Below, one piece after another: positions 1 to 13,255 of a stretch of 64,000 bases of DNA. The notes under the pieces are model-generated. The model saw only the letters and a list, made by a program, of their open reading frames with translations, did not search any database and had not been told where the DNA came from. This DNA is from Mustelus asterias (Eukaryota): contig NC_135810.1 of NCBI RefSeq assembly GCF_964213995.1, positions 81,034,001 through 81,098,000 on the forward strand, in the 5' to 3' direction. Numbering within the stretch: position 1 is the stretch's first letter; each line of letters starts with the position of its first letter. A program made the position numbers and the translations under genes.

Positions 1-495
1 CTCTGCTCCCAGATCCTAGTCTCTCGCACTAATGGAAACACCTTCCCCACGTCCAGGCCTTTCAGTATTCTGTAAGTTTCAATGAGATCCCCCCTCATCT
101 TTCTAAACTCCATCGAGTACAGACCCAGAGTCCTCCAACGCTCCTCATACGTCATGCGGTTAGAAATCTATATTCTTTGTGATTATCACTACCTGATAAA
201 AATTTGGCCTGAGCAACTTCACAACAACTTATTCTGTAGATTTCTGCTGGTGTCAAACGAAGAACAAAGAGCAAAGAAAATTACAGCACAGGAACAGGCC
301 CTTCGGCCCTCCAAGCCTGCACCGACCATGCTGCCCAACTTAACTAAAACTCCCTATCCTTCCGGGGACCATATCACTCTATTCCCATCCTATTCATGTA
401 TTTGTCAAGATGCCCCTTAAAAGTCACCACTGTATCCGCTTCCACTACCTCCCCCGGCAACGAGTTCCAGGCACCCACCCACCGCCCTCTGCATA
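1..495 (-). mobile_element. CR1/HER1-like LINE 3' fragments
   Basis: Reverse strand resembles the CR1 ORF2 C-terminus (LYSMEFRKMRGDLIETYRILKGLD) followed by a typical 3' tail fragment. Confidence 0.7.
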
Positions 496-554
496 AAAAC
501 CTAAATCATTTTGCATTAATACAAATATTGTAGCATAAGTGTACAGAGAAAAAA

Positions 555-850
555 CTGAGGACACAACCTCAGACTAAAGGGACGATCCTTTAAAACAGAG
601 ATGAGGAGGATTTTCTTCAGCCAGAGAGTGGTGAATCTGTGGAACTCTTTGCCGCAGAAGGCTGTGGAGGCCAGGTCATTGAATGTCTTTAAGACAGAGA
701 TAGATAGGTTCTTGATTAAAAAGGGGATCAGGGGTTATGGGAAAAAGGCAGGAGAATAGAGATGAGAAAAATATCAGCCATGATTGAATGGCGGAGCGGA
801 ATTGATGGGCCGAGTGGCCTAAATTCTGCTATGTCTTATGGTCTTATGGA
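555..850 (+). mobile_element. CR1-like LINE 3' end
   Basis: GHNLRLKGRSFKTEMRRIFFSQRVVNLWNSLP motif, then 3' UTR ending in TCTTATGGTCTTATG. Confidence 0.8.
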
Positions 851-1329
851 CTTAACACAAAAATCCCTAGAATTTTCTGTTACTTAATGCTTAAAAAAGA
901 CAAATATAATCAGTCTACTGCTAATTGTCACTGGATACAGAAGCACTTCAGAAATATAAATTGTTTTATGTAAAATGAATAATTTTTGTTGATTATTTTC
1001 TGTTGTAGAACCAAGATTATTTACACTTTATTTTAAAGAAACCCTAAATCGAACATAAACCTGATTAAAGCAGACATTTTGCAATCTGTTTTATGGTTAT
1101 TGGGATTTAACTGCACAGGATCAGCTCAGCCTCATACAGCTAATTGCTAATTGGGTCGTCCCATTGATATCAGTTTGTTAGCTATGAAACTGCTCACCAT
1201 ATATGTTATAATTTTAAAGTAACTGTTCCCATCCAAGGCAAATTCTCTGCGAGTGTACTGGGCACCAAGTTATATAGAATTACATTGAATATACAGAACA
1301 GCAACAAGCCAGTCTGTCAAGTCCATCGA

Positions 1330-2430
1330 CAGTGGTGTTCATACCCCACCAAAGCACCTCCCAGCTTCCTCATCTAACTTTAGTACATAATTCTCATTTC
1401 CCTTTTCCTCCAGATGCTTATCTAGGCTTTCTTTAAATGCACCTATACCATTTGCTTCTGTCACTCTCTGCGGTAGCTGCAGTGTAAGGGTCTGGCACAG
1501 GCAGTACTGCCCACTCATAGAACCATAGAAAATTACAGCTCAGAAACAGGCCTTTTGGCCCTTCTTGTCTGTGCCGAACCATTTTATGCCTAGTCCCACT
1601 GACCTGCACTTGGACCATATCCCTCCACACCCCTCTCATCCATGAACCCGTCCAAGTTTTTCTTAAATGTTAAAAGTATAGAAACTCAGTCGCATAAGAA
1701 GGTACATGACACAGGTCGAGGGTCAATGTGGTGTGGAGCAGAGATGTGTGAAGACCTAGACATGGAGATTGCTCCCTGCCTGTACCATTTACTGTATAAT
1801 GTATACAGTTCCAAGTTGTTAATAAAGACTTGCTGTTAACCTACTGCCTACTGAAGATGGTGATGACTCTTTAACAGCCATTGCTTTGTAACCAGCAGCC
1901 TCCCAACAGTAGCAAGTTCTGCATTCTCACCACTGCCTTAGTAAAGAAGTTTCCTCTGAATTCCGATGTAATTTCTTGGCGGCAGTCTTATATTGCTGGC
2001 CTCGAATTGTGTTCGAGCAAATAGAAATACTTATCTGTTCACTTAAATAAAATGTCTCGAAATGTTACCTCTATTAAGCCGCCACTACCGCAACCGCACA
2101 CCCCTGGTCCCCCGCCAACCCCAACCCCAACTTTCTCTTTTCAGGAAAAAAAGGCAGCCTGCTTATTCTTTCCTGTTAGACGTTACTTTATGGTCCTGCT
2201 GTCACCCTTACAAAGTTTTTTTGCAGCCTCTCCAGCACCCCTGTATCCTTTTACAAGATGGTGACTAGAGCTGTATACAGTACTCCAAGTGTGATTCAAC
2301 TATGGTTCAAAACAAGTTCAGCATAACCTGTCCACTTTTTAACTCCATGCCACTAGAAATGTATAAGTGTTTGGCTTGCTGTTATATGGCCTTATTAACC
2401 TGCATCATAACTTGCAGTGATTTGTGTGGG
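1330..2430 (-). mobile_element. Old CR1-like LINE fragment interrupted by an LTR-like segment (~1482-1876) and a CR1 tail (~1516-1675)
   Basis: Degenerate CR1 ORF2 3' region; the internal segment begins TGTAAG, ends TTAACA and contains AATAAA. Confidence 0.45.
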
Positions 2431-3019
2431 TGCAAGTCACCCGCTTGCACTCTAAGTGCTCCTGCCAGTGGAAAGCAGGAGTGTTTCTCATTAGCATTAG
2501 CAGTGTCTTTCAGGTCAGATTCACCAACCTCAGACATTGAAATTAATGCTTAAGCTGAAACTCGCTGGCCAGCCAGAGGTCAGCGCGCCCTTTTTTAAAG
2601 GGCTGATAGACAGGCACTCCCTCCCCCCACAGTGGAAATGCCACCCCCGCTGGCAAGGGGAGCACACCCAACCCCTCAGCATAGAGGGACATTCCCCCCT
2701 CCCCCCCCACCACTACCACTTTTAGAACAGGTCGTGAGGATGGTTCTGAGGGGAGTCCTGAGAGTGGCCTGATCGGGGGACCTCGGGGGAGGAGGGCAAG
2801 CCTCAAGAAGGCCTCCCTCAGTAGCCTGGCAGCGGCAGAGGGGCACATGAGCACACCACCTACCCCCAGAACCCCCCTCCCTCCCCCGCTTGGAGTATAA
2901 AGCACCTGGTCCATGTTTGTCAGGACCTGCACCAAAGCCCAAAGCATCTACCTGTGGTCAGTTGAGAATTGGAAAAAGAGGGAACCATCCTGCTGCCATC
3001 TTTCTCCTGTCTGTTACAC

Positions 3020-3950
3020 TCCTTATTGAGGCAGGATATACTTACAATGGAGGCAGTTTATAGAGGGTTGATCAGGTTAATTCCTAGGATGAAGGGGTTG
3101 TCATATGAGGAACAATTGAGCAGACATAGTTTATACTCATTGGAATTTAGGAGAATGAGAGGTGATCTTATTGAAACTTTAAGATTCTGAGGGGGTAAAT
3201 GTGAAGAGGACATTCCTCTCCTGGGAGAATCTAGATCTACCAGGCTTTGTTTTAAAATAAGGGGCTGCCCATTTAAGTAAGAAGTCTCACAACACCAGGT
3301 TAAAGTCCAACATGTTTATTTGGTAGCAAATGCCACTAGCTTTTGGAGCGCTGCTCCTTCGTCAGGTGAGTGGGAGACCTGTTCACAAACAGAGCATATA
3401 AAGACACAAACTCAATTTACCGAAAGATGAATAATGGTTGGAATGTGAGTCTTTACAGCTAATCAAGTCTTAAAGGTACAGACAATGTGAGTAGAGAGAG
3501 CATTAAGCACAGGTTAAAGAGATGTGTATTGTCTCCAGACAGGACAGTTAATGAGATTTTGCAAGTCCAGGCAAGTCGTGGGGGTTACAGATAGTGTTAC
3601 AGAAAGCTAGTGGCGTTTGCTACCAAATAAACCTGTTGGACTTTAACCTGGTGTTGTGAGACTTCTTACTGTGTTTACCCCAGTCCAACGCCGGCATCTC
3701 CACATCATGGCTGTCCATTTAGTACAGGGATGAGGGGCATGGATTTTTGGAATTCTTTATATCAGAGAACTGTGGATGCTGAGTCATTGAATGTATTTGA
3801 GGCTGAGATAGATAGATTTTTGAATCAAAGATTTTGGAGAGTATACCAGAAAATGGAGTTAAGGCCAAGATCAGCTCAGCTGTGATCGGAATTGCAGTTA
3901 GCTCAAGGGGCGGTGTGACCTACTCCATTTCCTAATTCCTTATGTTCTTA
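3020..3950 (+). mobile_element. CR1-like LINE 3' part, interrupted by a Penelope insertion
   Basis: ORF 2969-3190 has RLIPRMKGLSYEEQLSRHSLYSLEFRRMRGDLIET; the element resumes after 3709. Confidence 0.8.
3278..3708. mobile_element. Penelope-like element terminal (pLTR) fragments in inverted arrangement
   Basis: 3278-3600 is the reverse complement of the 3' end of the PLE at 31250-31520; 3601-3708 is the same terminus on +; flanked by an imperfect duplication GGCTG(C/T)CCATTTA. Confidence 0.8.
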
Positions 3951-4654
3951 CAGCTTCTAGTTGGAGTCATCAGCATGGTTGCTGTTGCCTCTCAATTGCC
4001 ATAATTTTCTTCAAAGCATCAAATAATGCAAGCACTGTGGACTGCTGCATAATAAAACTATCTTGTGTGCTCCCTGGGTAATGGATATTAACATGCAGGA
4101 TCACATTTCTGTGGTCTGACACCACATATTTAATTTTGAGCAGTATGTGTCTGAACTTCCAATTTACATTGCTGCCAGACGTGCTTCCCTATCAGCAGGG
4201 TGGACTCGGAAAATTACCCGCTCAGTCTGAGACAAATTACTCCCTTTCTGTAGAATTAACTGAGGTTATTTTAAGTTCTAAGTAGAGTATGAAATGTGAA
4301 ACAGCTCCTGAATGTGAATGAAGTTATGAATGATAGAATAGCACCATATATACTCAGCACTTTGTGCCCTGATTTGCATGGTCAAGTAAGATATCACTGT
4401 TGCTTCAGTAGAACAGAGCTCAAGATTACCAAATCTCAGCCAATCGAAATGAGGGCAAATATTTTGGTTGGCCTGAATAGACCCCTGATCATTCCGAATC
4501 ATCTTTTATAAGCTGGACTTCCTCCTCCAATAACATAGCTTTGCTTATCATTGTCCAATGATATTCTGCCCAATTCAGCCAAACTGCACTCCACTCTATT
4601 AAGCTAATGGGCCTATAATAACTCAAGGAAGATTAAACCTCAGACAGAAGAGTG

Positions 4655-5215
4655 ACAATCATAGAATTTGTACAGGTGCAGAAAGAGGCCATTTGGCCCA
4701 TCATGTCTGCACTGTCTCTCCAAATGAGCACTATGGCTTAGTGCCATTCCCCTGCCTTTTCCAGTACCCCGGACACCATTTCTATTCAATAAATCATCTA
4801 ATGCCCTCTTGAATGCCTCAATTGAACCTGCCTCCACTACACTTCCAGGCAGTGCATTTGGGACCTGAACCACTCTTTGTGTGAACAAGTTTTTCTCACA
4901 TCACATTTGCTTCTTTTGCAAATCACCTTAAATCTGTGCCCGCTTGTTCTTGATCTTTTACGAGGGGAACAGTTTCTCCCCATCTACTCTGTGCAGCCCC
5001 CTCATAATTTAGACCATTTCTATCAAGTCTCCTCTTAGCCTTCTTCTCTCCAAGGAGAACAGTCCCAAGCTCTCCAATCTATCCTCATAACTGAAGTTTC
5101 TCATTCTTGGAGTCATTCTTGTGAACCTCTTCTGCACTCTCTGCAATACTTTCCATCCTTCCCATAGTGTGGCACCCAGAACTGTACGCAATATTCCAGC
5201 TGAGTCCCATCAATA
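4655..5215 (-). mobile_element. CR1-like LINE 3' end
   Basis: ORFs 5009-5191 and 4640-4888: VQKRFTRM..LGLFSLERRRLRGDLIE, FTQRVVQVPNALP. Confidence 0.85.
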
Positions 5216-5903
5216 TCTTCATTTCTTTTCTATCTGGATATGTTGACCAATAAGAAGCAATTTTCATTTGATCTTTCTTTGGGTTGGGATAGAAAAAAAT
5301 GTTACAGTTCTTAATTGAACTACTCACAAAAAAAATCATCAATAAATTTGGATGAGTCAATGATGATTTAAATAAATAATTACAAACAGAAATTGCTGAA
5401 AATAGACCAGGATTGGGGAAAATCTTTTCTCAGGACTATGTTAATACTTCAATAGTGTGAGAGAGCATCAACAGATGGTGGTAACTTTGGGATATATAAC
5501 AATAAGAAGCATGATGGCATATGAAAGAATGCATTCAAAGACACCATTCTGCATTTTTTAATTATATAATCAGTTGCAAACCGAGAATATGGCAGGGATG
5601 GGTGCACACTGAAGAGAAACATTCCAACCTGACACAAGACATTATAGGATAATAGAAAGGGCTGAATCTTAACTGAACAGCATACTAAACCACTTTGGTT
5701 AAATCAAGTCTGGATATTTTAGATTTAGACAAGTTTGTAATTTTCTTGTAGTTGGAGACTGATGTTAGGAATTGAATATGTGCTTATGCTGCCACATGGT
5801 GTTCCAATAGACACAAGGTTAAGAATTCCCAGATACTGGGGGGGGGGGCCTAAATCCAATCTCAATGCCAAATTAGCCAAATTGCAAATCCTTTCAAACA
5901 TAT

Positions 5904-6112
5904 GGGGCGGGATTCTCTGGCCTCCCAGCCGTATGTTTTCCGCCGGCGAGAGGTGGCGGGTTGTTGGCTAATGGCAGGATTATCTGGTCCCGCCGCTGTC
6001 AATGGGAATTCCCATTGATGTCACCCCATGCTGGCCGGAAACCCACAGCAAGGGTGCGCTGCCGGCGGCACCGGAGGATTCCGCTGGCATGAACGGCCAG
6101 AGAATTCCAGCC
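5904..6112. mobile_element. MITE (probably non-autonomous Harbinger)
   Basis: Imperfect terminal inverted repeats GGGCGGGATTCTCTGGCC ... GGCCAGAGAATTCCAGCC around a GC-rich, non-coding interior. Confidence 0.6.
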
Positions 6113-6494
6113 ATGCTTTTCCCAGCTGGTTGAAATATATTTCCCTGGATAGGTTGTCTGAGATAAAGTCACTTTGAGCCTTACTATACAAAGGGAGCCG
6201 CAATTACTCCTTTAAAAGTTACTTAGTGAAAGCTGTGATAGAGAGGTCTTTCCAGACTGTCAATGATAATGAGTAACAGAGAAACATCCAAGATCAATCC
6301 TTTCCACAGGACTGTTAGAATCATTTGCCCTTCTAAAAGAAATGCTCTCAAGTAAATCTCTGCTTTCAAATGCTTGAACAACAAGTAAGATTTGTTGGAA
6401 TAGTTATGTGCTGTTTGTCGACTGCTCATTTTAGTCAGATTGTCAAATTAGAAACTGTAATTTCAGGTGATCCTAAAGACAGTTTCTATAGACA

Positions 6495-6645
6495 GTTACA
6501 TGGATAAGATGGCTATAAAGGGATATGGGCCAAACGCGGGCAATTGGGACCAGCTTAGTGGTTTAAAAAAAGGGGTGACATGGACAAGTTGGGCTGAAGG
6601 GCCTGTTTCCACGCTGTAAACCTCCATGATTCTATGACCCTATGA
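6495..6645 (+). mobile_element. CR1-like 3' UTR/tail
   Basis: Ends GGGCTGAAGGGCCTGTTTCC...ATTCTATGACCCTATGA. Confidence 0.65.
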
Positions 6646-7393
6646 TCCACAAGTCTCAGTTAATCTAAACTTGGTACGTTCATATACCAGGACAAAACTC
6701 ATTATTTGCTGGCCTCCCGCTCACACTGTATCAAAACCAAGGGCATCGAGATAAAAGGTTGTTGTTCAAAGCTGCGCTGTGACTCAGTCCGATGATAAAT
6801 ATTATTTTATTTCACACCAGTCTCAGCTGCATTATTCTCAGCCCCCTTAAATCAAGTCGCAGCTGTCTTTTCTGGATCCTTCTCTACCTGCATTGAATGC
6901 ATTTCACAATGATAACCTTTGCAGATGCTACTCACTGATGCAGCAGTTGGGAGGGAGAATAAACCTTACAACCTGAGATTTTCCATTCATCAGCAGATCC
7001 TCTCATGCCAATTAGTGAGTATTAAATAAGATTGGCACAATTTTCCAGTTCATAATTCATGAGAAGATACTCCAGCAATTAGCACAAAATTTAAACATTA
7101 CCCAGAATAGAATGTTACAAGGGCAAACTTAAAACTATAAAAGTAGCCTCTATAGGTAACTACGGTAGACCTCAATGTCACATTTCAAAGTGTCCTTATT
7201 GTTTTTGTCACTTGACTTTCTCTCATTTCAGAGAGGAAGCTGAAAGGAACAGATTGCTATGCATGATTTTAGATCAAATGTCGACTTTGAGAACATTCAT
7301 ACTTTTGATGTCGAACAAATGTATTTTTTCACAGTGACTACATATCTGGATGACAGTAGCGAGAGAAATCTTGCATTATTAAAGACTGCTTAC

Positions 7394-7440
7394 TTCAGAA
7401 GTAGCCTTTCAAAGTCCTCAGTGATCATTAACAGTTCTGG
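7394..7440 (-). CDS. Candidate small internal exon of an unidentified gene (PELLMITEDFERLLL)
   Basis: Minus strand: TTTTGAAATGTAG acceptor, 47-nt open segment, GTAAGC donor; no homology recognised. Confidence 0.25.
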
Positions 7441-7830
7441 CTACATTTCAAAAGACAAGGGCTCTGATATGAAAGCAGATAGGTTTTGCCAGGGTGGTTG
7501 TTGGCGGGGATGTGGTGGCTTTGCATGCGCACCTGCATGACATGCTGTCGAGTCAACTATCGCTGAAATCTTGCTGCTGTTCACACCGAACTTATGGTCC
7601 CGCTAATGGCACATCCCTGCCGTGGGTTCTCAGGTGGCGAGGGTGTGTTCAACAGGAAACCCAGTCCCAATGGCAGGACCGTAAGATTCCATGAGCAGTC
7701 AGTGGCGCGCTGCCTCCTGCCACCGTGAAACACGCTGCAGAGGGGGGGGAAAATCCCACCCTCTTTAAAAGGCCAATGCAAAAATACAATTTGAAGGTGT
7801 TTAGAATGCACTTACAAGAGCAATGTCAGT

Positions 7831-8050
7831 AGCCAGGTTCAGTGATGGCTTCCCTGAATTATTGCTGGGTGCACTCCAGAACATGAGGAACATACTACTC
7901 TCAAGAAACGGGAGGAAGAAATCTGTAGCTCTCATCAAAAAAGTGTGGTTGGAAGTAGTTGAATAAGTGAGCAGCAGGAGCATTGTGTCTTAGTCTTCAC
8001 TGCAGCGCAGGAAACAGTTTAATGATCGAACCCAATCAGTGACAGTGAGT
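7831..8050 (+). pseudogene. Harbinger Myb/SANT-like DNA-binding protein remnant
   Basis: Translates RFSDGFPELLLGALQNMRNILLSRNGRKK..KKVWLEVVE*VSSRSIV..RRKQFND then GTGAGT; resembles the MSANTD/Harbinger ORF2 pattern, with stops. Confidence 0.6.
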
Positions 8051-8249
8051 GTATTTGAATATTCACCTACATCATTTGGCAGCCATTGCCACTTCACTCA
8101 CCCTGTGTTGCCAAGTGTACTCCATCACATCACCCCTAACACAGGTTTCGACAATACCCATCCTTCACTCTCTATGTACTTCAGCATCTTCCCATGTATC
8201 CGTCCATTTCTGTCACTCACTCCAATTCTTATGAACATTAAAACAGAAT

Positions 8250-8950
8250 GAATTAGCTCCGGGATAAACCATACTGTCCCTTGAGCCTGCTCTGCCATTC
8301 AGTGCGATCATGACTGATCTTCAGCCTCAACTCCACTTTTTTGCCTGCTTTTCATATCCCTCGATTCCCTGAGAGAGCAAACATCGATTTGTCTATCTCA
8401 GCCTTAAATATAATCAACCCTCTGGGGGGAGAGAATTCCAAAGATTCACAACTCTTTGTGTGAAGAAATGTATCCTCATCTCAGTCCTAAATGATCAGTC
8501 CCTTATCGTGAGATTGTTCCCCAGCGATCGTGATTCCCTAGCCAGGGGAAACAATCTCGCAATGTCCAGCCCATCAAACTTCTTCAGAATCTTGTCTACT
8601 TCAATGAGATTACTTCTTCTTCTTCTAATTGCGAGAAAATATCATCCCAATTTACTCAACCTCTCATCATAGGACAACTCTCTCACCCTAGTGACCAATC
8701 CAGTGAATTTTCGGTCGACTATTTCCAAGGCAAGTATATCCTTCCTTAGATATGGAGGTCAAAACTGAATCGAATCCCACAGGTGCAGTCTCACCAAAAC
8801 CCAGTACAATTGTGGCAAGATTTCTTTATTCTTGTATTCCAATCCCCTGGCAGTAAAAGACTTTTGCCTTCCTAACTCATTATTGTACCTACATGTAAGT
8901 TTCTCCATTCCTTAAATGAGTTTACCCAAGTCTCTCTGAATATCAACAGC
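8250..8950 (-). mobile_element. CR1-like LINE 3' part
   Basis: Reverse-strand CR1 ORF2 C-terminal motifs and 3' UTR. Confidence 0.75.
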
Positions 8951-9559
8951 AAGTTAGCATCATTTATGCATCATTTACAAGTTTCACAGCTTTTAAAAAG
9001 TAGTCTACTTTTTTATTCAGATTACCAAAGTTACACGCTATTGGTCCCCATCTGGATCTGACCAAAAACTTGGGGGTCTAGCCAAGGATCACAACAAGTC
9101 AAAATATCTTCTTGCACATCCACAAACAAACACACCTCAGAGGTGAGTGTACGAGTCCTGGTGGTCAGACTAGAAATTTTTACATAATTCTCCCACCTGT
9201 CCCCTGACCCACCAGTCCTTGGCATTGAATTTATTTCCAAAAGGCGCCAGCGTTTCAACTAATTTTTATACATTAGCTTTCAGAGTAATACAGAGAAAAG
9301 ATTGATTGCCTTATCAGTTTTCACCTTCAGAAACATCTTGGGACTTTTACAACACCCTGCAATGTTGTGTTCATCACCAGGAGACAGAAAGTGTGAGACC
9401 TGTGACAACCATCAATCTAGTCTCTTTAGGCTTCCAAGTAACACGTTGGCCGATGCATAATCAACACATCATTGATATCTCCATTATAGCTAGCAAAGTG
9501 CCCAAATAGGGTCATATACATCACTCTGTAGTATCCCATCACCTGGCAAGAATTCTGAG

Positions 9560-9860
9560 CCCCGTCCAGCTGATATTTGATTTCTTCAAAAATACGAATG
9601 TATTGTTCAGGACAAATGTTACTTCTCTTGCAACCTTTCACGGACAGCAAAATGGCTACTTTGGCTGTGGCTTGAAGTGATTTGATGGCACACTTAACGT
9701 ACTGGTGACCTTCACTGCTGTGGGAAGAGCTGCCCTATTGCTGGGTGTTATCTACAGGTAAACCTGAAGGAGATGGCGCAAGTCAAGTGACAACCTCGCT
9801 AATGAAGCGAAGGCACATCTCCACTGACCTGCTCAGGTTGGACTGTCTGGCACTATAATT
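9560..9860 (-). pseudogene. Harbinger (HARBI1-like) transposase N-terminal remnant
   Basis: Minus strand gives CLRFISEVVT*.. and ALPTAVKVTSTL, resembling the HARBI1-family N-terminus; convergent with the Myb remnant at 7831. Confidence 0.45.
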
Positions 9861-10757
9861 ACAATCCCTGGGTAACAGAGAGGTTGCAGAGTCCAGGGCT
9901 GAAGCCTTGGTTACTTTCTGTCAGAAGAAGCTCATTAGTCCTGTAGTTTTATTTAGAATTCCAGCAGATTAAAACCTGTTTCAGATAGAATGTCCATTGC
10001 AGTATTGAGTTTCGGTGAACTTGCTGCTTGAGCATCAGTTATTCATGAATTAATGATCACAACAAACTTGATACGTAGGTTAGGTGCAAGAACATTGCAA
10101 GTCATCCTCAACGTTTGCACATGAATTGCAGACCAAGTTGAAACCAGACAGAGATTGTGCAATCCGGTGAATAGTGTTGTTGGTGTGCGTGTGATTGGTT
10201 TGTCATTGCTGTATTGTTTCATGTTGCCATCAATTTCTAATCTACTATCTCCTGACATGCTTTCAAACAATCACTCATTAAGGTGATACCATCATTGTCA
10301 GTGTGTTGAGCTTTCCAGAAAAGTATTTACATGATTTGCCACGTTGTTGAAGCATTAATTTGGCTGGGCTATATTGACGATTGCTAGCAGTCTCTGTAAA
10401 ACAATTATCTCTCCCACGGGTTTTAGGGACAAGCATATCAAAGAAGAGATTTTTCCAAGTCTTGCTGCTAATTTTCCTAGAATTAAAATAATTGAAACTA
10501 TTAGGGTGGCATATTTGATCTTCTCATCCACCTACATAAAAAAAAATCTCACAGGCGAACAAATGCTGATATCTGTAACCTGGTTTGCTGCATATATACC
10601 ATTTGACATCATACATCTGCAGAAACTTATATAGTTGAGTGAGAAATCTCCTTTGGTCATGAGAATAGGATTCCAGTCAGGCGATAGAATGATGTGACAG
10701 TGATCCAATGGAATTCTATGAGCTAATGACACAAAGATGCAGTGTTGCTGATCTTAA

Positions 10758-10890
10758 GCTGGAGGAAACCCACGCAGACATGGGGAGAACGTGCAAACTC
10801 CACACAGGCAGTGACCCAGGCCAGGAATTGAACCCGGGTCCCTGGCACTGTGAGGCAGCAGTGCTAACCACTGTGCCACCGTGCCACCCT
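10758..10890 (-). mobile_element. HE1-type tRNA-derived SINE, 5' part
   Basis: Reverse complement of GGGTGGCACGGTGGCACAGTGGTTAGCACTGCTGCCTCACAG...GGGTTCAATTCC (A/B boxes). Confidence 0.85.
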
Positions 10891-11100
10891 AATGAATTGA
10901 AGGCTGTCATGAATGTGTTGGGACAATCTTTACATCTCTAAGATTTGAATATTCGAACAGCCAAAGGTGCAAATGTATCTAACTCTCTGTTAATGACTAA
11001 AAAGCAAAATTAATTTATCGCTCAGGGAATAGAAAAAGCAATGTAAAAGCTCAAAGTTGGACATTGCAATCAAACATTGCATTTTTTTGCGCGTTAGAAT

Positions 11101-11460
11101 TGTTGGGAAGGTGTCGGTTACAAAATGGTGTCTCTTAGAGAAGTCTCTGTACGTTTTATTAACAAGTAGGATTGCTTACATATATACAGTAAAGAGTACA
11201 GGCGAGGAGCTATCTACACACTCAGGTCTGTGTGTGTCTGAAAAGCATCACACTGACCCCTGCAGCTGGGTCATGTGCTTTTTTACATCACCGTGTGAGC
11301 AGTACTGAACTCAGTCCCATATTAACTCTGCATGTGCTAGACCCTAATACTACACTTCCCCCATGTCTTTGTCCAATGTTACATGAGTTTACTTGACATC
11401 TGGAGCCAAAACAAGTGAACAGGAACGAGATTATAGTAAGATCCACAAATTGTTTTTGAT
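11101..11460 (-). mobile_element. Degenerate Gypsy 3' LTR with polypurine tract
   Basis: On the minus strand, GGGGGAAG immediately precedes TGTAG (~11354); the LTR-like segment has AATAAA and ends CAACA at 11101. Confidence 0.45.
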
Positions 11461-11684
11461 ACCAATTTTTGGCAGTTACAAAAATAGTTGTCAGAAATTC
11501 GAACACTTGTGCTGACCAGTGAAGAACATATCACCAGAACAGTTTGAACCAGTGTAGACTGCATTACCAGAACAATTGAGAGTGAAGTTAATTTAACTTG
11601 TATTGAAAGTTAAAAAGCAGATGATAGCATATCCGCAGTTCATTTTACAATACACTGGATTTTAGAGAATTTTAAGAAAGTAAA

Positions 11685-12122
11685 GAAAGACTTGTATTGA
11701 CATATTGCCTTTCATTATCCCAGACCACCACAAAGCACTAATCAACCATTTAATGACATTCGAAGTAGTCATTGTGGTAACATTGGAAATACTGCAGCCA
11801 ATTTGAACACAGCAAGATCCCACTAACAACAAAGTGGCAATGGCAGGTTAATCTATTTTATTGAGATTAGTTGAGGGATAAATACTGACCAAACCACAGG
11901 GGAAAACTTCCTGGTTCTTTTTTGAAAATAGTGGGTTTTTTTCCTATACCCAGGAAGGCAGATGAGGCCTCAATCTAATATCTCTTCAAAAAAAACACTG
12001 ACATTACAGTAATCCCTCTGTACCACATTGATGCGTCAGCCTAGATTTTGCATTCAATCTCTTAAGAGGCTCTTAAACCTACAACCTTCTGATCCAGAGA
12101 GAAGACTACTACTAACTGAGCA
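11685..12122 (-). mobile_element. DeuSINE/SacSINE1-like SINE
   Basis: Degenerate tRNA-like head near 12120, Deu-like central region and tail; similar to 50870-51260. Confidence 0.5.
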
Positions 12123-12139
12123 ACAGTTTACACTTACTA

Positions 12140-12605
12140 AGAGAAAACACAGAGTGGCTGGTTGTTTGTAAGACTGAAGGAGGAGATATAGTGGAGTTCC
12201 TTGGGGGTTGGTATTAGGATCACTGCTTTTCTTGATGTTATATGAATGATACAGAGATGGGTGCACAGGGTACAATTTCAAAATTTGAAGATGGTATAAT
12301 AGAATTTTGAAGTTTTGTGAACTGTGAAGAGGGCAGTGATAGACCTCAAGAGGGCACAGACAGGCTGGTGAGTGGGCATACAAGTGGTAGATGAAATTAA
12401 TGTAGAGAAATATGAAGTGGTACATTTTGGTAGGAAGAACAAGAAAAGGCAATATGAAATAAAGGATATAGTTCCAAATGAGTGCAGGAGGAGAGGGACC
12501 TTGGTGCATAGCTGGAAAACTATTTATGCAAAACTATAAATAGAAGCATAGAGTATAAAAGCAAGGAGGCTATGTGAACGTTTATTGAACACTGGTTCTG
12601 TAGTA
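12140..12605 (+). mobile_element. Degenerate CR1-like LINE RT fragment (tail resumes ~13258-13370)
   Basis: SGVPWGLVLGSLLFL.. and later CR1 motifs with indels. Confidence 0.65.
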
Positions 12606-12611
12606 TTAGGG

Positions 12612-13255
12612 TGTTCATGGTTGGAAGAGTTAATGTGTGTGACCAGAGAAACAATACCACCCACATGATAATGTAAAAGTCATGTGACCGATAATTGAGA
12701 GGGAGAATGCACAAAGCTTAGACTGAGCAACACCTACGCATGTGTATCTGTAAATAGTAATGGTTATCCAATAAACCAATCATTGTTCAGATACTCATTT
12801 CTCGGCAAATATTCCTTAATCACTCACAAGCATCATACAACATGGTGACAATTGTGAAGGACCCCAGGAATTGCCAGAAATCAACTTTATCAAGTTTTGC
12901 AAATCTGACTTGATAAAAGATACTAAAGCTCAAGACAGTTGAAAGATCTCTAAAGAATCTCATAGAAGACATAAAGGTAAGAGATCGAAAATTCATCTGT
13001 TCAATTTAGTGAGGGCTGTACACCACAGCACATAATGCGTGAAAAACCCGATCCCGCAGCAGAGTCAGAGAACCTAGCAACGATCAAGGAAGCATGAGCA
13101 ATCCTTGCAAAATGGTCAAAATTTTCAATTTAACAGTGCAATTATCAGGCTCCACTGGGCAAATTGAATTTTTAGTATGCCCTGCAAACTGGGTCTAAGG
13201 TCAGTGTCATTACACTGGGTGACTGCAAGGCAACAATCAGGAAACCAAAATCAGT
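12612..13255 (+). mobile_element. Degenerate Gypsy 5' LTR (12612-12842) with PBS and start of the internal region
   Basis: TG...CA segment with AATAAA followed immediately by TGGTGACA; inserted within a CR1. Confidence 0.5.
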
